Below, piece after piece: positions 12,601 to 24,700 of a stretch of 64,000 nucleotides of DNA (the stretch's first letter is position 1; each line of letters opens with the position of its first letter). A model generated the notes under the pieces. It was not told where the DNA came from. It was given only the letters and a program-made list of their open reading frames with translations, and searched no databases. Both the position numbers and the translations under genes were made by a program. Source of the stretch: Heterodontus francisci (Eukaryota); NCBI RefSeq assembly GCF_036365525.1, contig NC_090378.1, positions 69,297,430 to 69,361,429 of the forward strand, in the 5' to 3' direction.

Positions 12601-13500
12601 ACCATCCTAGAGTCACGTTTGCGGCCACAGAAAAGCCTATCTATACCCCTTATAATAGAATTGCTTATCACTATAGATTTCCCACTCTTTTTCCTCCCCT
12701 CCTGTGCAGCTGAGCCACCCGTGGTGCCACAGTCTTGGCTCTTGCTGCATTCCCCCGAGAAGCTATCTCCCTCAACAGTATCCAAAGTGGAAAATCTGTT
12801 AGATAGGGAGATGGATCCAGGGGACTCCTGCACTACCTGCCTAGTTCTTCTACTCTGCCTGGCGGTCACCCATTCCCTTTCTGCCTGAGCAGTCTTTACC
12901 TGCAGTGTGACATTGTGCTATCCACGATGATCTCAACACGAATGCTCCACAGTGTCCCCAGCCGCTGCACCAGATCCGAGTAGCTGCAGCTGGAGGAGAC
13001 ACTTGCTGCACACGTGTTCACCCTGGACACTGGAAGTGTCCCTGACTTCCCACATTGCACAGGAGGAGCACTCCACGCTGCCAAGCTACCCTGCCATGTT
13101 TTACCCTTAATTTATTCCCTTAAATTACTCAAAAATTAGAGATTATTTACACTAGGCGCCTTGATTCCCTAAAAAACACTACTTACTATATAAAAAAACT
13201 GCAGACCTTACACTTTACTTTAGTTATTAACCCAGCTATTTACTGATACTCCCTAACAGCAGTTACTCACCAACCAAACAATCACCTTATCACTTATAAG
13301 GTAGGATTTGAGGATTTAAAAAAAAAAGAACTTTCTCTCCCCTGATTTTTTAAGCTATTTACAGGAACTAACAGCTGTTACTTACCCCACCAATCATCTA
13401 CAGATTTCCCGTGATGTCACTGTAAAATGTTTTTTCCTCATTTGAAACTCAGCGTGTGCTGACACAGCTTGAGAGCCTGCCAACTGCCACTGCTCCGGTC
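9603..13500 (-). mobile_element. Near full-length CR1/HER1-like LINE with most of RT deleted
   Basis: ORF1 zinc finger and SGNH-esterase-like segment (SIIRGIDR...VVVHIGTNDIG, 12408-12869), ORF2 endonuclease and linker remnants, ORF2 C-terminus (LFSLEQRRLRGDLIEVY) and a (TCTATGA)-like tail. 5' limit approximate. Confidence 0.88.
10892..11216 (+). mobile_element. HE1-like V-SINE inserted in the CR1
   Basis: Near-identical to 8589-8938, with a short internal deletion between ggtttcctcc repeats. Confidence 0.9.
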
Positions 13501-13541
13501 CAAGGATAATTATCAGTTAAAATCCTTTTCAGTCATTAAAT

Positions 13542-14160
13542 AGGAACATAGAAGCAGAAGTAGCCATTCAGTCCTTCAAGCCTGCTCTACCATTCTAGAT
13601 CATGGCTGATCGTCTACCTCAATGCCATATTCCTGCACTATCCCCATATCCCTTGATGTCGTTAGCAACTAGAAATCTATCAATCTCTGTCTTGAACTTA
13701 CTCAGTGACTGAGCTTCCACCACCCTCTGGGGCAGAGAATTCATAATTAAAGTCCAAGAAAATACAACAGAAAAATGAGTACATGGATGTTGACTATATC
13801 AACTTCCAGTAGAGATTCAATAAGTATCTTCACACAGGGTGTTGAAACAGAAGGTATTTCCATTGGTTGGGGACTTAAGAACAATGGAGCAAAATGCTAA
13901 GATTGGTGTTAGGCCATTGAGAAGAAAAATTAGTGAGCACTTTTTCACAAAAAGGACATTAGAAATTTGGAACTCTCTCCATTAAATGTTGTGGATGCTA
14001 AGCCAAATTAAGCTTTCAAGACTGAGATAGATTTTTGTTAGACAAGGCACGTGAAGCAAAAGCAGGTAAAAGTTCAGGTGCAGATCAGCCATGGTCTAAT
14101 TGAATAGTGGAGCAGGCCTGAAGGGTTGAATGACCTATTTGTGTTCCCTATGTTCCTATT
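13542..14160. mobile_element. Two CR1 3' fragments in opposite orientations
   Basis: Minus-strand tail at 13542-13745 and plus-strand tail ending gttccctatgttcctat at about 14160. Confidence 0.65.
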
Positions 14161-15859
14161 CAGGTACCTGATTTTTTTCTGGGAAACTCTTCTGCAAGTG
14201 ACCATCCAGTGAGGAATGTATTGGGCAAGGCTATTGTTGAATAACTTACGGGTATCATTGTCCAGGCATATATGTCATCCATGTTAACCTGATCAATCCA
14301 CTAGTCAATAATCAGCATTTCACAATAACAATCATTTTTCTCACTAAGATTGGAAGTGAAATTTGAATTAAGCTTTCAGTCTGAAGGTACAACTAGAGGC
14401 TTTTAAGACCAAATCAGATTAGTTGGCTGGGAACTGAGGGCTGCTGGAACCAATTTCTTCTCCTACCTACTTCTCCTGTTGAAAATCTAAATGCCAACTT
14501 TATTTTTCTTTCCTTTTAATTAAAAACTATTAACTGTGAATTGTAAATGTGATCAAAATTGATTAAAATGCATTACTTTAAATGTAAAAATCCTACATTT
14601 CCGGGGGGAGGGGGGGGGGGGGGTGGTGGGACGTGGGGGAAGGATATTCCTCTAGATACACTAATAATGCATCACCAAATTGTGCAACATTTGGATTTCA
14701 AGCTTTCACCTACTTTTCTTTCAGCAGTACAAATGATGAATTTCTGTGTATACCTACATCTCAATTTGTAAAACCCATGTAATTACTTTATTCATATCTT
14801 TTGTTCTTGAATTGTCAGCTTTTTTGAAGCAGTTTATCAGTTTTTGTTAGTTTTCCAGGTTGGCATATATGTCTAGGCTCGCAGATGTAGAATGGTCCTT
14901 AGGCTAATGGATTGGAGGCTTAGCTGCCAGCACCTAAGAACCAAAACTCGGCAGGAGTCACTACCCCCAGCAGAGGAGAAAATCACAGAGAAAACTCGAG
15001 GAAGAAATATTAAAAAGAGACAAGGGTGAAACACGTGAGTGTTGCTTTCAGTATTTGCACAGCTGAAAAACAGCTGCATCCCTGTTAAAAGACATGCACA
15101 TTGTTTTTGCTATTAACTATATACTTTTCATCAGTCAGAACATTATTTCATTGTTGCTATGAAATGCATTTTCCTTTAATGAAGCAGTTTAATTATAGAA
15201 TCATTGCATTGTGAGGAAATCAACTTTATAATAACCTTCTGAGCTCTGAATTTCCTTTGCAGCTTTTCTTTTTAAGATAAGGTTTTTTAATTTTCTCACT
15301 TCAATGAGCCACACACTAAGTGAGTGTACAGGCAGGTGGGTCTATACCCAGGTTTCGGCCATTGCTAAGCCAGCTGCTAGGTCATTCAGGCAATACACTT
15401 GAAAGAATTCCCTTCCATTTGCCCTCCTCATTGAAGATGTGGATGACGTTGGAAACTAAGTAATGTTGGGAACTGAATTTGGTTCTGTAATCAATTTATC
15501 TGGATGATTAATGAAACATTTGTCAATAGTCTCAGGGAATCCAGGATGAGTTCAAGATGTATATAATTAACTCCTGTGTGGTACACATCTTTGCTTAGAT
15601 GTAGGTCCAGGTATGTCTGGAATGAATGAACAAACATAAATTCAGGTTTTCCCTGTATTTGCAACCATCTGATTAACAATACATGCTGCCATTAATATGG
15701 CCTTGGGATTATCCCATGTGACCCCCCCCCCCCCCCCAATTTAACCACTATAATCACCCATTTTCAACCCTTAAAGATGGGAGAATTGGATAAAATGGGT
15801 TTGAGTGTGGCATGACAAATTTTGATATCACAACAATCAAAATTGTACTTTTAGTGCTT

Positions 15860-17100
15860 AAAAAACAGTGCCAAGGAGCCAAATTTCACAGTGACACAGT
15901 CTAGATGGAATGCATACTAGCTTGCTGAGGGAAGTAAGGGTGAAGATAACACAGGCACTGGCCACAATCTTCAATTTGTCCTTCGACATGGCAATGGTTC
16001 CAGAGAACTGTTGGTTTTCACATGTTGCACTCCAGTTCAAATAAGGGGAGAGGGATAAACCTGACAGACAATAATCCAAGACAAAATTGACTATCACCTG
16101 GAAGATTATGGGTTAATAAATGATAGCCATCGTGTTTGACTTGCCTGATTGAGTTATTTGATGAAGTAACCAAGAGGGTTGATGAAGGTAGTGCGATTGA
16201 TGTTGTATATAAGAATTTTCAAAGTAATTTTATAAAGCACATGTAGCAGACTTGTTTGCAAAATTGGCTGATATGAAATTGGCTACAAGACAGAAAGCTT
16301 AGAGTAGTGGTGAACGGTTGTTTTTTCAGACTGGAGGGATGTATAGAGTGGTATCTTCCAGAGGATTAGATATTCATCTGTAATCGGACCGCCATTATTT
16401 TTGATGTATATTAATCATCTTAAACTTGGGTATACAAGGCATCATTTCAAAGTTTGCTGATTGAGAAAACTCAGAAATGTATTAAACAGTGGGGAGGATA
16501 GTAACAGATTTCAGAAGGACATAGACAGACTGGTGAAATGACAGATGCAATTTAATGCATAATTTAAGTGTGAAGTGATGCATTTTGGTAGGAAGGATGA
16601 GGAGAAGCAATACAAACTAAATGGTACAATTTTAAAGGGAGTACAAGAACAGAACATCTGGGGGTGTATACCTACATAAATCTTTGAAAGTGGAAGGACA
16701 AGCTGAGAAGACCGTTAAAAATATAACAGGATCCTAGACTCTAAAACAGATGCATAGAGTACAAAAGCAAGAAAGTTATGCTAACCTTTTATAAAACACT
16801 GGGTTTGGCCCCAGCTGGAATATTGTGTCCAATTCTGGGCACCATACTTCAGAAAGGATGTGAAGGCCTTCGGGAGGGTGCAGAACAGATTTACCAGAAT
16901 GGTACCAGGGATGATGGTCTTCAGTTACGTGGACAGATGAGCAAAACTGGGATTGGTGTCCTTACAACAGAGAAGGTTAAGGGGAGATTTAATAAATGTG
17001 CTCAAAACCATGAAGGGTTTTGACAGTTTCTCCTTATTTAATATGTTTCCAGTGGCAGAAGGATCAATAACCAGTCGATACAGATTTAAGGTAATTGGCA
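15860..17100 (+). mobile_element. Old CR1 ORF2 (RT) remnant
   Basis: Remnants of PENW/NVAPQFK, SKFAD and KCEVMHFG, plus gaatattgtgtccaattctgg (EYCVQFW). Confidence 0.75.
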
Positions 17101-17445
17101 ACAACTAGCATTTAAATAACACCATTAACATAGTTAAACACCTCACGGTGCTTCATAGGAATGTTATCAAACAGAATTTGACACCAAGCCACATAAGAAG
17201 ATCTTAGTGGAGATGACCAAAAGCTTGGTCAAAGAGGTAGGTTTTATGGAGCATCTTAAAATATTCAGAGAGGTAGAGATGCAGAGAGAAGGAATTCCAG
17301 AGTTTATGGCCTTGGCAGCTGTAGGTATGGCTGTCAATGGTGGAACAATTAAAATTGGATATGCTTATAGTGGCCAGAATTGGATGAGTACGGATACCTC
17401 GGAGAGTTACAGGGATGGAGAAAATTACAGAGATAGGGAGGTGTA
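17100..17445 (-). mobile_element. L2 3'-end fragment
   Basis: Colinear with 2340-2700 (aagcttggtcaaagaggtagg). Confidence 0.7.
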
Positions 17446-17714
17446 GTGGTTGATGGATCAGGATTTGATTGCATCAGTCTGTCCATTATCTGTGTTCATT
17501 GTGTTTGATTGCTTAAGCCTCCGGGTGGAGCTGCTGAGTGAAAGTGAAACTAAAAGACTGCTGGAAGCTTCCATATAATATTGGCTGCCTCAAGACATGT
17601 ACTGAAATCCAGTAAGAACTTTTAAGTTAATGTGTTGTAAATAAACCAGTTGGTTATTTAACACAAGTGCGATATCTGCACTGCTCTGAGTTAAATCAGA
17701 TATTATACACTAAG

Positions 17715-18030
17715 CCCAGTGACCCAGCATAAACATAACGGAAGGGATGAGGCATGGAAGGATTTGAAAACATGGATGAGAATTTTGAAGTTGAGAAAAG
17801 AACGAAAGGCAAATTGAGGAGATGATCAGGAATGCACTCCCGGAAAGGGTGGTGGAAGCAGATTCAGTAATAACTTTCAAAAGGGATTTCAATAAATACT
17901 TAAATGCAAAAAACTTGCAGGGCTATGGACAAAGAGCAAGGAAATGGAACTAATTGGATAGCTCTTTCAAAGGGCCAGCACAGCACAATGGGCCAAATGA
18001 CCTCCTTCTGTACTGTATAAACCTATAATC
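17715..18030. mobile_element. L2 scrap followed by a CR1 3' fragment
   Basis: ggaatgcactcccggaaagggtggtggaagcagattc...gggccaaatgacctccttctgtactgta. Confidence 0.55.
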
Positions 18031-18784
18031 TCCTTTATGTCAGATACTGTTTCAATCACTGGACTGTTTTCTCTTTGGCGCACTCCCACCCCCACCCCAA
18101 CTGTATTGACAATTCCCTTATTGTTCTTCCTGAACATTATCACAACATAGCATTTCCTTTATGGAAGGAAGTTGAGGCAAAATTAAAATGGTTACAGGAT
18201 AGAAATATAATTGAAGATACAGATGGTCTTACACATTAGGTCTTGCCTCTAGCAATTATCCCAAACCCAAGAATCCTAAAAATATATGCTTTTGTGTTGA
18301 CTTGTCAGCAGAAAACTAAGTAGTTGAGTATGAGCAACATGGTTTTCTAATCATGAATGAGATTACTAAACAGATATAAATTGATCACGTTTTCTCAAAG
18401 CTAGAACTAAAAACTGTGTACCATCAGCTACAGCTTGACAAGAAGAGCTGTTTATATTACAAAATTTGTGATACATGTTGCTATGAGGCAACATAAAAGA
18501 TTTACATTTTGGTATAACTTCAGCAGTAGAGGTATTTCAAAAAGGCACTTTGATTGTAAGCAATAATATTCTAATATACAAATGTATTCCAACAGATCAT
18601 GATGTTTTTCTTCACAGTGTTCTTCACAGGCTACAAGAAAAGGGTGAAACACTTGGGCAAGACATACTAATGTGGTAACGAACTCCTAGAATACTTTGGC
18701 CAAGTGTTCACAGGCAGAGAATAGCACCAAATCCCAGGAAATTCAAGGTAATTTATGAAAAGTCCTGGGGAAAATTGATGTCCA

Positions 18785-19500
18785 GAGAGATTTGGATGTT
18801 CAGGTCCACTGTTCCCTGAAGGTGGCAACGCAGGTAAATAGAGTGGTCAAGAAGGCATACGGCATGCTTTCCTTCATCGGACGGGGTATTGAGTACAAGA
18901 GTTGGCAGGTCATGTTACAGTTGTATAGGACTTTGGTTCGGCCACATTTGGAATACTGCGTGCAGTTCTGGTCGCCACATTACCAAAAGGATGTGGATGC
19001 TTTGGAGAGGGTGCAGAGGAGGTTCACCAGGATGTTGCCTGGTATGGAGAGCGCTAGCTATGAAGAGAGGTTGAGTAGATTAGGATTATTTTCATTAGAA
19101 AGACGGAGGTTGAGGGGGGACCTGATTGAGGTGTACAAAATCATGAGAGGTATAGACAGGGTGGATAGCAAGAGGCTTTTTCCCAGAGTGGGGGATTCAA
19201 TTACTAGAGGACACGAGTTCAAAGTGAAAGGGGAAAAGTTTAGGGGGGCTATGCGTGGAAAGTTCTTTACACAGAGGGTGGTGGGTGCCTGGAACGCGTT
19301 GCCAGCGGAGGTGGTAGATGCGGGCACGATGGCGTCTTTTAAGATGTATCTAGACAGATATATGAATGGGCAGGAAGAAAAGAGATACAGACCCTTAGAA
19401 AATAGGCGACATGTTTAGATAGAGGATCTGGATCGGCGCAGGCTTGGAGGGCCGAAGGGCCTGTTCCTGTGCTGTAATTTTCTTTGTTCTTTGTTCTTTG
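18785..19500 (+). mobile_element. Young 5'-truncated CR1/HER1 LINE
   Basis: Uninterrupted 208-aa ORF2 C-terminus (LYRTLVRPHLEYCVQFWSP...RRLRGDLIEVYKIM) and a (TTCTTTG)n tail. Confidence 0.92.
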
Positions 19501-19577
19501 AGGCCGTAGAGCTGAGTTTTGCATCAGAAAACTTGGGGACATGGTCACTTACTGTTCCCATTTTACACCAAATTTAG

Positions 19578-19782
19578 TGTTATGGCTAGGTGGGTGATGG
19601 CGTGGCTTGTTCTCACTGTTCACCTCCCACCTCACCACAGCAAGAGTTTTTGTCACTAGGGTTTTAACCCCTTGTGTTTTATTTGTCAAATAAACAGGTT
19701 TTCTTCTAAGTTTAAGACAGAAGATTAGCTATTTATTGAATAATATTCATTCCGAAATGGTCACAACCACACCCAAGCATGC

Positions 19783-19819
<37 letters not shown>

Positions 19820-20491
19820 AATAGATAGATAGCGAGGAAAAGAGTAAGTGGTTTGAAGTGACGTAAGTGTTCGAGGCTCACAGTAAACCTGTTGAAACTT
19901 CTCAGCGAACAGTTTCTTCTTAAAGTTACAGGCCTAGGTATTTGCAGTTTTCTGGTGGTTAAGACTTCAGACTGGAGGCGGTGACCACGTTCAGTTCTCT
20001 GCTGCACCAAGCCGAAGTGTAGAATTCACAGCAGGGCTCTGTCTTTGGTTTTTGCTGGATCCCCCACAGCTCTTGGCTGGACAGGCTTTTTGTGATGCTG
20101 TTAGGATCTCTCTCTCGCTCTCTCTCCAGAGAGCTACCAGTTAAGGTAAAAATCTCACACATTAGTCTCTGTTAAGAGATGCCTGACCCCCCCTCCCTGT
20201 TTTGACCAGACAAGGGACAGGATGTAGCTACTTCACACTTTTGTTTCAGAAGAACCCATTCAATTCAGGAATGTCTCTTGATGGCTTCAGGATGGATGTA
20301 AGTGATACTTCTTAGCTTGGAATGTATCCTTTTGTCCTTACCAGACAGTGAGACAGTTTGAATAAACAGCCTGACCTTCGGTGGCCATTTTGCAGCACAT
20401 TGACCACTGTTCAAAGCAAAAGTCAAATTTTTTATAGCTCTTCAGTTTGGTTCTGTATTTTCATCACTGCACTTCTTGTGAGAGCGTGACA
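19578..20491 (-). mobile_element. Solo LTR (Gypsy-type)
   Basis: tgttatgg...gcgtgaca with perfect 4-bp TSD ttag. Layout resembles the LTRs at 21703 and 25724. Contains (CT)n(CA)n. Confidence 0.85.
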
Positions 20492-21702
20492 TTAGCCATA
20501 ATTAGAGAACCATTTTGAACCAGTATCTTCAAGTGGAAAGACAGGCATGACTTACTCAAATCACTGTCTAGTCATACAATAATGACTTATTTTTGATACT
20601 AATAGACCACAGAGATCAATGTTAATGTCAGTCCAGTGGAGTTAGGAGCTATCCTTATGCAAAGAATGATCTTGGTGCAGCAAGACCTATCATTTATGCC
20701 AGGTGTTCACTCAACTCAACACAGCAAAAATACAGCTACATTAAGTGTGAAGTATTGGCAATTATGTGAGCTGAACAATGATTCCATCAATGCATCTACT
20801 GTTGATAATGATGGGAGTTATTAATCACAAGTTTCTTCTTTAAACCACAATCTAAACTGCCTTCTAAGATCCAGCACTGGTTGTTGAAAGTAAATTCTTA
20901 AGACTATTGCCCTGGACCTGAAAATCCTGCAGACAATATTTCATGGCAATCAGTTAAGGGTACAGCAGGAAGATATTACTCAGAGGAAGCTTAAAATTCA
21001 TGAGTTCCAATGGTCAAATTTTACACCCAAGAGAATTACTCTAGTTGATATCAAGCAAGATGCACAGAAGAATCAGCGAAAGCTGTCTTACTATTATTTG
21101 TTAAGGAACTAATTATTCATTGGGCTTGAAATATTTATTTAAAATTTCACATATTATGTCATAAAAAGTGCAGTTATTTGTTAATAAAATTAAATGCTGT
21201 CAGTATATCTTATAAGTAGGGTAGGCATTAAAGGGAGAATTCCCCTGGGAGCAAAGGCCATGTGGTAGTTGTAAAACTTATAACAACAAAGGATCTTTCT
21301 CTCAAATAAACAATCAATCAGTGTTCTACCATGGAAGACATTGTGCATTGATGCTCCAATGTGCTGTGGCACATGCTTCCCAGTTCACTGCAACTTTCAA
21401 AATATGCACATATTTTCATTCAGACAGCATCTTCAAAATTGATTCACTGAAAGACTGTGTAGTATGATACATTAGCAAACATTTCTCCTCTGGTACTTGG
21501 GTTTAAATCCAGCCTATAGCAATGCAATGATAACCTCTAGTGTTTAACAATTCTGTCATGTCATTCCTTCGTACATATTGTACAACTGTACACTTCCAGC
21601 CATTAACCTCAGTTCCTATTACATGTAATCTTACACCAGACCCTCGGACCCGTAAATTGCACTACTGTTACACTAAATTGGTAATTTTGCTCTTAAAGGT
21701 CA

Positions 21703-24700
21703 TGTTACAACCAGATGAGAAGGGATCTAGGGGTTCCCCCTCAGCCTTTACCTGGTTTGGCCATAACAGGGTTTAGTTTTAAAACACCGTGTTTTTAGCT
21801 CCCCCCTTAGTGAATCCTTGTTCACTGCTCCAATTGTAAGGCAAAGAAATCAAACAGTTTTCCTTAGATTTAAACAAGAAAGGTAGAAGTTTATTAATCT
21901 TAACTGTAATCCGGTTAACGACTACGAATATGCGACGTGACCATGCTAGCATGCATACGCGATAAACACACACGCAGATAGAGACAGTAAAAGTAGAAGG
22001 AATAAAGGGAAAAGTTTTGAAGCAATATCTGGTAGTTACAGTTCTTTAGGTTCAATGTGGAGTCTTTGGTTGCCGCTAACTCTTGCAATTTGTTGGGGCC
22101 CAGTTCATGCTTCAATTGTTTTGGTGTAGGAGTCTTTTCTCTCTTGAAGTTTATGTGTCTTCCATGGGTCCGGTGGCTTGGGAGAAAGTGAGAGAGAGAT
22201 AGAGAGACTTCCTTGTTCCAACTTCAGTTGCACACTGCCTTCTGAATTCAAAAAGCCTGGACCAGCCAGTTAGTCATGTGACCAGCTGGTTTAACCAGTC
22301 CTGGCTCTGTGGACTGTATCATCTTAGCAGGGCCTGGAATGCGCTTCCTTACACCTTCATTGTCTGGTGATCAAAATTGGGTTAATTGGAGCAGGGAATA
22401 GTCCTTTGTCTCCACAAGCAGCATCTCTTAGTATGCAAATGTCCTTCCAGCCCAGTGTCTGGTAATCTTCAAACAAGTCAATTCTTCACTCCAGCAACAG
22501 TTTAAAATCAATGTTTATATGACAAAATTAATATGCCTGATTCTTGGCAGGTAGGGGTCTGCATGACACCTCCACACTCAACGTAATGAAATGTGATTTT
22601 AAAAAAAGCAGCATTTCATTAAAAGGGACGAGAGAGAAGATAAGGACAGGAGCACAAACATGCATCTCTCTCATTCATTCAGGATGCTGACAATTGTTAC
22701 AGCCTGTCTTTTCTTGGTAGCAGTGCTGCTTTAACCGGCCCTTTTTGGCATCCCAATAAACATGTGTTTTTTGGGAAGTTTTTTCAGTTTGCACATTTCC
22801 ATGACTTCCTAAGGGGTCTTTGTTCTCGTTGAAGTCTGCAGGGGAGGGTTAGGTTTAATTAGCCCTAGGTCGGAGTTCTGCTCAGGGGTGGCGGCAGTGG
22901 GTGGTTCCACTCCGAACTCCCTTTCAGTGCTTTGATGAGTCATGCAAGGGCTTTTCACCCGAGGGAATGGCTGGTTCTCTTTTTTCCTGACCGTGGAGGT
23001 GGATTCTTTGCTAATCTTCCCTTTGTCCTCTGGGACACTCCTGCTTGCCCAGATTCTACTGCACGCCCCTGCGGCACCTCAACTAGGCGAGGCATCACCC
23101 ACACAGTTTCTCTGCCCTCTTGAGGATTTCATTTGTCTCTGCAGGTTCCTGTAAATGCTGTTAGCAACTCTGGTGGGGTGCGTCTAGTCTCTGCATTTAC
23201 ACAGGAGGACATGGGGTCTAACTTTTCAAATATTTCAGGGTTGGCTCACCAGACAGTAGGGGTTTTCATCTGGATTCTTCCCAGGCTTCCTTTAACATGC
23301 CCTCTTGGTCCCTTTTTCCCTGTTCCTTTCTAAACTTTTGCCAGCCTTGTGCATGCCTGTCCCCTCTGCTGGAGGTTCCTCCTAATACCGGTCCTCCTAA
23401 CACAGGACTTAGGGGTGCAGATTGAACTGTAGGTTGGGGTTTCCCATCAAAATGGCACATGTGGCAACTCCTGCAGTACTCCACCACATCTTTGTGGAGT
23501 TTTGGCCAGTCAAACTGCTGTCTTATACGGGTTTGGTTTTTTGTATACCGACATGTACAGCCACTGCAATCTCATGGGCCATTCTTACTATTTCTCTCCG
23601 GTACCTCTACGGCACCACTAACTGATGAACCACTGTCCACTCCTTGTTCTCAGGTCTTTGAGGAGAACTCCACTTCCTCATCAGTACCTCATTCTTTAAA
23701 TAGTAGCAATCAGGGACTCGCTCTGCTTCAGTTTCAAATTGGGCAGCCTGGACTAACTCTCTCAACACTGGGTCAGCTCGCTGAGCCTCAGCCAGGGAAG
23801 ATTCATTTAATTAATCCCCTGGGTCTCCTCTAGGGGAGCTGGTTTGATCATGGCCTCACTCATTACACATGCAGAGAACCTGCAGGGACCGTCTCCTGCC
23901 ATGGCCCTGTCTCTCTGACCTCCTGCAGTCTCTCTTTCATGACTGGGGAAGCTACCACCTTCATCCCCGCCAGATCATTACCTACGAACCCCTTCCACAG
24001 GTAAACTAGGGGCAATCCCTACGGTCACCGGTTCCAAAACTAGGTCGCACTCCAAGTGCCCCTGGTGTAAAGGTACAGGCATACACTGCCCTCCAATACC
24101 ATTCACCAACACTCTCTGGGGAAAAGGGATCTAGTGGCCCCTGTGTCCCTGAGAATCACTATGGGCTTGCTTGCCCCACTCGAGGGATATGGGGTTACTC
24201 TCCCCTTCAGACACAAAACCCTGATAGCCTTCAGGAATCCTATGAAATTTTCCTGCGCTTGCAGCGGTAGATTTCCTGCAGTTAAAGCCACAGCTTGTTC
24301 TGCTGTGCCTTCCATCAGGGACCCTGTCTTCACTGAGCGGGTGTGCCCTGATTAACCCTACATATTTTCCCTTTAGTTTCCAGCAGTCGGCTCTTAAATG
24401 CCCTGCTTTATTACAATGGAAGCACACAGGTCTCCGGGTCTCACTCCTACTTATAGCAATTTTCCTTTTGGCTGGAGGAGGGCCCCCTGTGTCTCCTGTT
24501 TTTCTTCCCTCCCAGGACTGCTTGGGCTGATATCATCTTCCCGCTCTCTGTCCTTTTCGCATTTGTAGGGGTGATTAGGAAAGGTTTTCCCCTGGGAAAC
24601 TGCTTTATAAATGAGAGCAAACTCATCACCCAAGACTCCTGCCTGCCGGGCTTTATGAGCCCTTTGTTCCTCCGCATGTGTCTTTATAGAGAGCAGGAGA

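Larger units (their letters stand above)
18150..21070 (+). mobile_element. Ancient Gypsy pol remnant hosting a CR1 and a solo LTR
   Basis: Remnant peptides IEDTDGLTH..LAIIP...FCVDL, FSKLELKTVYHQLQLD and LHFGITSAVEVFQK before the insertions. RNase H-like SPVELGAILMQ after them. Confidence 0.6.
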
